A DNA stretch of 64,000 nt. It comes from a virus. The first letter of the stretch is position 1, and every line of letters starts with the position of its first letter. The translations under genes were made by a program, and so were the position numbers. Below are positions 58,267 to 64,000 of the stretch, piece after piece. The stretch lies in the IMG/VR virus record IMGVR_UViG_3300044627_003356. One strand, given 5' to 3'. The notes under the pieces are model-generated. The model was not told the origin of the DNA. It ran no database searches and saw nothing but the letters and a program-made list of their open reading frames with translations.

Positions 58267-59358
58267 ATGAATTCAATAATTGTTAGCACCGACCATAGTT
58301 ATTCTTTTAAAAAGAATATACAATTTTCTATGAACAAACCCGATTTAAATTTATATTCGGATATACTAAAAATTACTCCTTTTACATGGTTGGTGGACAG
58401 AACAAAATTGTGTAATTTACCTTTCAAGACACATTTTATTGAAGATTATCAATTACCGGAAATAACAAAACATTCTTGTGATAGTTTGGATAATATCTGT
58501 CAAAATATTGTAGAACAGTACAAAAACATCGATAAACAAATTTATATACTTTGGAGTGGAGGAATAGATTCCACTCTGTTAGTAGTTTCTTTTTTAAAAT
58601 CAACAGTACCATACAGTAAAATTACGATTGCATGTAATTTTGATTCTATCAAAGAAAATTATGATTTTTATAAAAAACATATTTTACCAAATTTTAAAAT
58701 AATCTCATCGGATTTTTTAATGCAATCTGTGAGCACATCAACAATTGATGGTATAATATTAAATGGTGATCCAGCTGATGTTTTATATGGATATGATTTA
58801 ACTACTAGTATTTCTAAAATTTTAGGTTTTGATTATTTACAATTACCATGTAATAGAGATAATGTAACAAACTATTTTAAAATAAAAGGACTTTCTGAAC
58901 AATCAGCAAATTTTTGGTATGATTATTTTACTCATTCCATAGACAAATCTCCAAAACCAATAAAAACAATGCAAGATTTTTCTTGGTGGGAAGGGTTTAA
59001 TTATAGATGGCAAGCTGCCAATGAAAAATTTTACGTCAGGTTACCTTTGAATAACTCAAACTGTTACGAAAAAATTTTTAATCGTGCTGAGTTTCAATTG
59101 TGGGCAATTTTTAAAGAACCAATTATCATTAAAAAATTAAATGATATCAAGTTAGAATCTAAAAAAATAATTTTAGATTATACAAAAGATGAGTTCTATT
59201 TTTATAATAAAATAAAATTAAATTCTAATAGCCATGTATTTGGATTGAATTCTTACTCTGCTGTTTTAAACACCGGCCAAAGATTGGCCCAAGAAGAATT
59301 TAATGTTTTTGATTTTTATGATGAAAATAATTTTATTAATGATTGGTTATCTTCTTAG
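58267..59358 (+). CDS. PP-loop adenine-nucleotide alpha-hydrolase (WSGGIDST family)
   Basis: DRT; ILWSGGIDST; SIKEN; G...D..YG; DFSWW; K..SK..I..YTKD..Y...KIK..S; paralog of 49611..50582. Confidence 0.75.
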   Translation: MNSIIVSTDHSYSFKKNIQFSMNKPDLNLYSDILKITPFTWLVDRTKLCNLPFKTHFIEDYQLPEITKHSCDSLDNICQNIVEQYKNIDKQIYILWSGGIDSTLLVVSFLKSTVPYSKITIACNFDSIKENYDFYKKHILPNFKIISSDFLMQSVSTSTIDGIILNGDPADVLYGYDLTTSISKILGFDYLQLPCNRDNVTNYFKIKGLSEQSANFWYDYFTHSIDKSPKPIKTMQDFSWWEGFNYRWQAANEKFYVRLPLNNSNCYEKIFNRAEFQLWAIFKEPIIIKKLNDIKLESKKIILDYTKDEFYFYNKIKLNSNSHVFGLNSYSAVLNTGQRLAQEEFNVFDFYDENNFINDWLSS

Positions 59359-60080
59359 TCCCACAGTCCTTCGTAATACTTACCAAATAAACGGTAACCA
59401 TTAGTCTTTCTTTCTTGGTGTGCCTTTAATCCATCCCAATCAACCTTTAACTTACTATGGCCTTCGGTCATTTCTTTGAACCATTGGTCATGATTGGTTT
59501 TTCCATCATCTCTTTTGTATGCAGAATGGTCAAAGAATTCAGACTCATCATCGTCTTTAACCTTTTGTTCAAATGCCCAAATCATTTCACCAAGTACCCA
59601 TTCCCATTTTTGGTGTAGAAGCGTATATTCATCTTCTAGGTCGATTGCATGAACCTGTAGTGTACCACGAATATCATTCTTTTTTCTTTTGATTTTTGGT
59701 TTCTTTGCTTCACGCAATTCTTCAGGCACATCTTCATCATCAACCATTGGTGAACCGTTTTTAGTTTCTTGTAACTGTTTCAACATTGGCAGAATGATAT
59801 ACGCCAAGGTATGGTCCATTGACCAAGTATCCCATCGGTCAAGCTTCACATACATGATTCGTGGATGAATCAAATTCAAAACCCATTGAATAGCATAAGA
59901 AAACGGATCAAGGTACTTTGTTGCCTTGTCTACCCATTTTGGATGGTCAATCCATTCTTTGTCATCAATTATGCGTTTGTTACGACTGCATTTACTCCAA
60001 TCAGTCCAGAAAAACACATAATCAATAATGGTGTATGGAGAAATCCAATGATTTCGATAATTACTCAATATTACTTTCAT
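59355..60080 (-). CDS. conserved phage hypothetical protein
   Basis: D.WDTWSMD.TLA.II.PML.QL....G.P.VD.EDVP; W.WVL.EMI.AFE; GYRLFGKYY..LWD. Confidence 0.7.
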   Translation of the reverse strand: MKVILSNYRNHWISPYTIIDYVFFWTDWSKCSRNKRIIDDKEWIDHPKWVDKATKYLDPFSYAIQWVLNLIHPRIMYVKLDRWDTWSMDHTLAYIILPMLKQLQETKNGSPMVDDEDVPEELREAKKPKIKRKKNDIRGTLQVHAIDLEDEYTLLHQKWEWVLGEMIWAFEQKVKDDDESEFFDHSAYKRDDGKTNHDQWFKEMTEGHSKLKVDWDGLKAHQERKTNGYRLFGKYYEGLWD

Positions 60081-60916
60081 TTTATTTCCAATAATTGTGA
60101 TAATGTATAAGTGGATTCCATATATGTAGATGGATTATCCAATACACTATATTCTAAATCACCTTCTCGTTTTTGGCAATAGTTTACAGCGAAATCACAA
60201 TTGTTTACCAGTTTAAAAATATCTACCATTTCTTTAACGGTATGACCTTTACCATGTCCTAGATTTTGTAATGAGTTGGCCGGCGTTTCAATTGCCTTTT
60301 TGATAGAATGGCATATTTCGTTCACATGAACATAATCTCTAACAGGTGTGCCATCTGGTGTATTGTAATTACCACCATATAGATTGAATGAACCTGTTTC
60401 TTTTGCTTTCATTAAGTTATACATCAACCCATCCATATTGGTGGGTGCAATCCCATCAGACCCAATCACATTATAAAATCTGAATGAAGTGAAAGTTTTT
60501 GAATTTTCAATGCAATATCTTTCCACTATATCTTCAGCACAACGCTTACTCAAGGCATATGGGTTGATGGGATTAGCTGCTGTGCCTGTTGAGGCAAATA
60601 CAAAATTTTTGAATTTAACATTTAACAATACATTGTGTGTACCATTAATGTTTGTATCATAATACTCATATGGTTTTAATACTGATTCGTTTACTTTGAC
60701 CAATGCGGCCAAATGTACCACAGTATCAAACTCATCAGAATAACATAATTGATAACCATTGGTAATATCATATGAAAGAAATTGTTTTGGTAACAAATAA
60801 TCATTCATACGTGGTTGATTGTCAAGGCCAAAAACCTCGTAGCCTTCCTTTTTGAGGAGCTTTACGAGGTGTTGACCAATGTAACCTGAACTACCAGTTA
60901 TCAATATTTTTTTCAT
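60077..60916 (-). CDS. NAD-dependent epimerase/dehydratase (GalE-like)
   Basis: ILITGSSGYIG; VVHLAA...V.ES; YALSK; FRFYNV.G; T.DGT..RDYVHV; start taken at MKKIL. Confidence 0.9.
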   Translation of the reverse strand: MKKILITGSSGYIGQHLVKLLKKEGYEVFGLDNQPRMNDYLLPKQFLSYDITNGYQLCYSDEFDTVVHLAALVKVNESVLKPYEYYDTNINGTHNVLLNVKFKNFVFASTGTAANPINPYALSKRCAEDIVERYCIENSKTFTSFRFYNVIGSDGIAPTNMDGLMYNLMKAKETGSFNLYGGNYNTPDGTPVRDYVHVNEICHSIKKAIETPANSLQNLGHGKGHTVKEMVDIFKLVNNCDFAVNYCQKREGDLEYSVLDNPSTYMESTYTLSQLLEIK

Positions 60917-60932
60917 AATAAAATTTAGTTTA

Positions 60933-61370
60933 TTACTGTTCTGCTTTGTGTGCTGCCAAGGTTTTTGTAAATTTATTAGCATGACTGCGTTCTGCTTTGG
61001 CTAATGTTTCAAACCAATCGGCAATCTCATCAAAGCCTTCATCACGAGCAGTTTTTGCCATACCAGGATACATATCGGTATACTCATGTGTTTCGCCAGC
61101 AATCGCAGATTCAAGAGCCTCTGTGACACTACCTGCGGGTAGACCTGTTTCGGGATCACCTGCACCACCTGTAATCAAATACTCCATGTGACCGTGTGCA
61201 TGACCCGTTTCACCTTCTGCTGTGCTACGGAATACTGCTGCAACATCTGGTGCACCAGCAACGTCAGCCATGTTTGCGAAATACAAATAGCGGCGGTTGG
61301 CTTTGGATTCGCCTGCAAATGCATCTTTCAATGCCTGTTCGGTAAGAGTACCTTTTACTGTTTTTGCCAT
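60933..61370 (-). CDS. rbr: rubrerythrin (short, ferritin-like domain only)
   Basis: [20 protein letters not shown]; ETGHA.GH; [29 protein letters not shown]. Confidence 0.92.
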   Translation of the reverse strand: MAKTVKGTLTEQALKDAFAGESKANRRYLYFANMADVAGAPDVAAVFRSTAEGETGHAHGHMEYLITGGAGDPETGLPAGSVTEALESAIAGETHEYTDMYPGMAKTARDEGFDEIADWFETLAKAERSHANKFTKTLAAHKAEQ

Positions 61371-61382
61371 ACTATTTTCTCC

Positions 61383-61517
61383 TTAAATTAATGAATATTC
61401 ATCTTTGTAACAGCCACATTCGGGACAGATAAAATTATCTGACAAAGTTTCCCATTTACCTTCGGTCATTTCATCGTGAACATGACCACAAACACCACAA
61501 ACATACTGTTGTTCCAT
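61383..61517 (-). CDS. rubredoxin
   Basis: Not in ORF track; MEQQYVCGVCGHVHDEMTEGKWETLSDNFICPECGCYKDEYSLI*; SD AAGGAG. Confidence 0.88.
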   Translation of the reverse strand: MEQQYVCGVCGHVHDEMTEGKWETLSDNFICPECGCYKDEYSLI

Positions 61518-61563
61518 ACTTCTCTCCTTTAATAGTAATAAACTAACATCATTACTTATACAT

Positions 61564-61629
61564 AGTTTATCACTATTACACAGTTTTGTCTAATGATATT
61601 TTTATATGTTCCTAATCAATAAAATCAAT
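61564..61629 (-). promoter_or_regulatory. sigma70 promoter with abutting OxyR-like site
   Basis: ATTG-N7-TGAT-N7-ATAT-N7-TCAT directly followed by TAGACA-17 nt-TAAACT. Confidence 0.45.
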
Positions 61630-61993
61630 CATCAGTCCACCATTCAATTTTAGGATTATTTCTTTCATACATTTCAACCAATTGATCCATAGTCCACATA
61701 TCATCTGTTTCAACCGTATTCAACCAATTACCAAATCGAGCCCATGATTCATCTTTCATAGGATCAACACCAATCTCAGCACCAAATTGACCTAAATCTT
61801 CACCACGGCAATCAATACGACCACACGAATAACCTTGAATCACCTCATCATACTCAAATGATTCACCAGCTTTTCTGCCAGTTAATGAAGAATCTTCTGT
61901 TAATGTTTTAGTAACTCTTTTAATGAGGCCACGGTCTCTATACCATTGCATACTGGCCACACCCATCCAGTTTGTACTATATCTAACAGGCAT
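61625..61993 (-). CDS. hypothetical protein
   Basis: 122-aa ORF in tightly packed minus-strand run. Confidence 0.6.
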   Translation of the reverse strand: MPVRYSTNWMGVASMQWYRDRGLIKRVTKTLTEDSSLTGRKAGESFEYDEVIQGYSCGRIDCRGEDLGQFGAEIGVDPMKDESWARFGNWLNTVETDDMWTMDQLVEMYERNNPKIEWWTDD

Positions 61994-62321
61994 AATTTAA
62001 TTCTTTCCAATTTGTACTCTCAGGCATAATTTCAATTTTGTAATCTGCCTTATCAATAAAGTTTGCTAACACACTGCCGCCATAACCATTGGTGCCGTAT
62101 GAATTCTTGTGGCAAGAATATATCGATCCAGAATAACCATGAAAATCATAGCAATCATTTACCAAATCAACTTTAACAATACCACTATTCATTTTCCATG
62201 AATCAGAGCCGGCATATCCACCATACCAACAGGCAAATACCTTGTATAATGATTCTTTATCGGTTGTAATCTTCACCACAACCCATCTATCTGGTGTATA
62301 ATCACTCATCAATTTTCTCAA
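61983..62321 (-). CDS. conserved phage hypothetical protein
   Basis: Y.PD.WVVVK...YKVFA.W.GGY...DSW..NSGI...F.G.SGS.Y.C. Confidence 0.65.
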   Translation of the reverse strand: MRKLMSDYTPDRWVVVKITTDKESLYKVFACWYGGYAGSDSWKMNSGIVKVDLVNDCYDFHGYSGSIYSCHKNSYGTNGYGGSVLANFIDKADYKIEIMPESTNWKELNYAC

Positions 62322-62646
62322 TCTTCAATAATTGGCCATTCATGAATAGCGCTTTATATTCTATCCATTTATCGGCCTTATAACCACCATTCTCTTTATC
62401 TTCACGATAGAACCGAATGGCACCATCAAAATCCCAACAATGTACCCAACGATGATTGAATTGCTTCAAATGACCGCCAAAGAGTCCTTCTTCTTCAACC
62501 CACTCAGCATCATAATCTTCATGCCACAAATATATGTGGCCAGAATCTTGGTCATGTTCAATTTTGTATTTGTCCAAAGTTTGGCAAGGTGTATCTTTAG
62601 TTTGATACACCTCACCTTGGTAATGAATCTCATCAAACATTCCCAT
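62302..62646 (-). CDS. conserved phage hypothetical protein
   Basis: MGMFD....QTKD...L..Y.I...G.I.FY...W.EY.A.F..G. Confidence 0.65.
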   Translation of the reverse strand: MGMFDEIHYQGEVYQTKDTPCQTLDKYKIEHDQDSGHIYLWHEDYDAEWVEEEGLFGGHLKQFNHRWVHCWDFDGAIRFYREDKENGGYKADKWIEYKALFMNGQLLKIEKIDE

Positions 62647-63522
62647 TTAAACCTCCAAATATTGCAGTTTAAATTCTTTTGCTCTCTGTTCATAACCAAC
62701 ATAACCACGAGGATTACAAACTACTCTTGTACCACCAACCATATAATCAGATACATTGTGCATATGGCCATGGGTCCACACTTTAATTTGTGGCCGATCC
62801 ATAATGAACTCGGTCAAATCAGAAGCAAACGCACCATTCATTAGTGTATCATGTTTATAACACTCAGCAATACTAATTGGTGATGGTGCATGGTGTGTTA
62901 CCACAACATATTGTTTTGTTTTATTTTCAGTAGCAATCTTTATGTAGTCCAACATTTTCTTATGGTCTTCCACAGAATCTTCGGTTGACCACTTTGAAGG
63001 TGACTGATAATGATCCACAGTTTTAATAGTCAAAGTGCCATCTTCATTTCGCTCACTCTCATGGTAAACATTTTTCTTATGCTGAACCATACGATTGCTA
63101 TTTGTAATCAAACGAAAATCGTTCATCGATTTGCTACAATGCCACAAAGTTAATGAATCACCTCTGTTCATATCTGTCCATAATGTACCAGCAACAAAGG
63201 TCGTGCCATTATGTTCCCATGTTTCTTTTTCAAGCAAATGAATGTTTGGCAAATCGGCCAATTCAGCTTTTAATCTATCATAGGTTTTAGCAATGTCAAA
63301 ATCATAATGCTCGTGATTACCCATAATATACACGACATGAGGAAATTGAAACGAGCACCGCTTAAAGAAATCTTTGACCATCATTCTTTCTTTTGGCTTA
63401 TGATTAAATACTTTAGCGGTACAGATATCCCCACTCAAAACAAGAACGTCAGCATTCTCCTCATTCTTTAAAATGAGGTCTGCAAATTCTAAGTGAATAT
63501 CTGACGCTAACGCAATTTTCAT
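62647..63522 (-). CDS. calcineurin-like metallophosphoesterase
   Basis: SDIHLE; GDI; GNHEHY; TLWTD; VTHHAP; W.HGH.H; NPRGY. Confidence 0.92.
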   Translation of the reverse strand: MKIALASDIHLEFADLILKNEENADVLVLSGDICTAKVFNHKPKERMMVKDFFKRCSFQFPHVVYIMGNHEHYDFDIAKTYDRLKAELADLPNIHLLEKETWEHNGTTFVAGTLWTDMNRGDSLTLWHCSKSMNDFRLITNSNRMVQHKKNVYHESERNEDGTLTIKTVDHYQSPSKWSTEDSVEDHKKMLDYIKIATENKTKQYVVVTHHAPSPISIAECYKHDTLMNGAFASDLTEFIMDRPQIKVWTHGHMHNVSDYMVGGTRVVCNPRGYVGYEQRAKEFKLQYLEV

Positions 63523-63747
63523 TTAATGTACCTGTTTTCTTTCTTGTTCAGTTTCACCAATAATATTTTTTGGTGATTCTAATAGTTTTAAATAATCTTC
63601 TTCAATGTTGGCCTGTTTAGCCAACCATGTTAATCGTGCTAATATGATGGCAGTCAGGTTCAATGGATGGATTTCAAATGTAGTCAACCATTTTAATATT
63701 TCAGTATCTACATCCATTGACAACTGTTCCAACATTTCATCATCCAT
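63523..63747 (-). CDS. hypothetical protein
   Basis: 74 aa, abutting neighbours. Confidence 0.55.
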   Translation of the reverse strand: MDDEMLEQLSMDVDTEILKWLTTFEIHPLNLTAIILARLTWLAKQANIEEDYLKLLESPKNIIGETEQERKQVH

Positions 63748-63992
63748 TATTTCTTCTCCATAATATGTTTGATAACAATACTGGCTTCAGGAAATCCTTG
63801 TTTTTCTCTACTCTCAACTGCCGCTTCAATTAGATTGAATTGTGTTTCATGTAACATCGAGAGAAATTTTGGAATGTCAGCACGACCTATTTTGATAGAA
63901 ATAGGTTTCTGTGATGTTGAATACACTTTGCCATACCTGGTTTTTCCATCAGATGAAATATATTTACTATATTCTGGATTATCGTTTGGCAT
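63747..63992 (-). CDS. hypothetical protein
   Basis: 81 aa. Confidence 0.5.
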   Translation of the reverse strand: MPNDNPEYSKYISSDGKTRYGKVYSTSQKPISIKIGRADIPKFLSMLHETQFNLIEAAVESREKQGFPEASIVIKHIMEKK

Positions 63993-64000
63993 TTTTCTTT

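Noticed and set aside
1-64000. tRNA, rRNA, group I intron or intein
   Set aside because: No cloverleaf/T-loop signatures in intergenic gaps and no interrupted core genes noticed; a covariance-model scan would be needed to exclude them fully

Overview
A 64-kb fragment of a large, AT-rich T4-like myophage genome (cyanophage-like gene order; Bug/TctC proteins and the rubrerythrin type hint at a betaproteobacterial host, by inference). Minus strand 1-33.3 kb: tail-fibre cluster and baseplate genes (DUF4815/VrlC-like, gp8, gp7, gp6, gp25, split gp5, hub, gp53, gp48). This part ends in a Kelch-tipped fibre followed by sulfotransferase, 2OG oxygenase and APS-kinase-like genes. Plus strand 33.4-39.6 kb: gp4, gp2, gp54, gp26/gp51 and two paralogous tape-measure-like genes, with an antisense NUMOD3 insert. 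Then, on the minus strand, gp32, gp59, gp33, a SleB hydrolase, an exonuclease and phoH. Top candidate novel system: a 9-kb late operon headed by a gp38-like polyglycine adhesin. It encodes a desaturase, two SGGxDS PP-loop adenylating enzymes, five HxD...H dioxygenase-like proteins, a GNAT and a secreted Bug/TctC protein, and a second island on the opposite strand repeats the Bug + PP-loop pairing. Other highlights: a likely -1 frameshift fusing gp26 to gp51, a DGGxF/N-domain docking pattern among fibre proteins, a repeated covarying intergenic hairpin element, and an OxyR-like site upstream of rubredoxin-rubrerythrin. No tRNA, rRNA, CRISPR array or reverse transcriptase was seen. All family calls are from motif recognition by eye, with no database searches.
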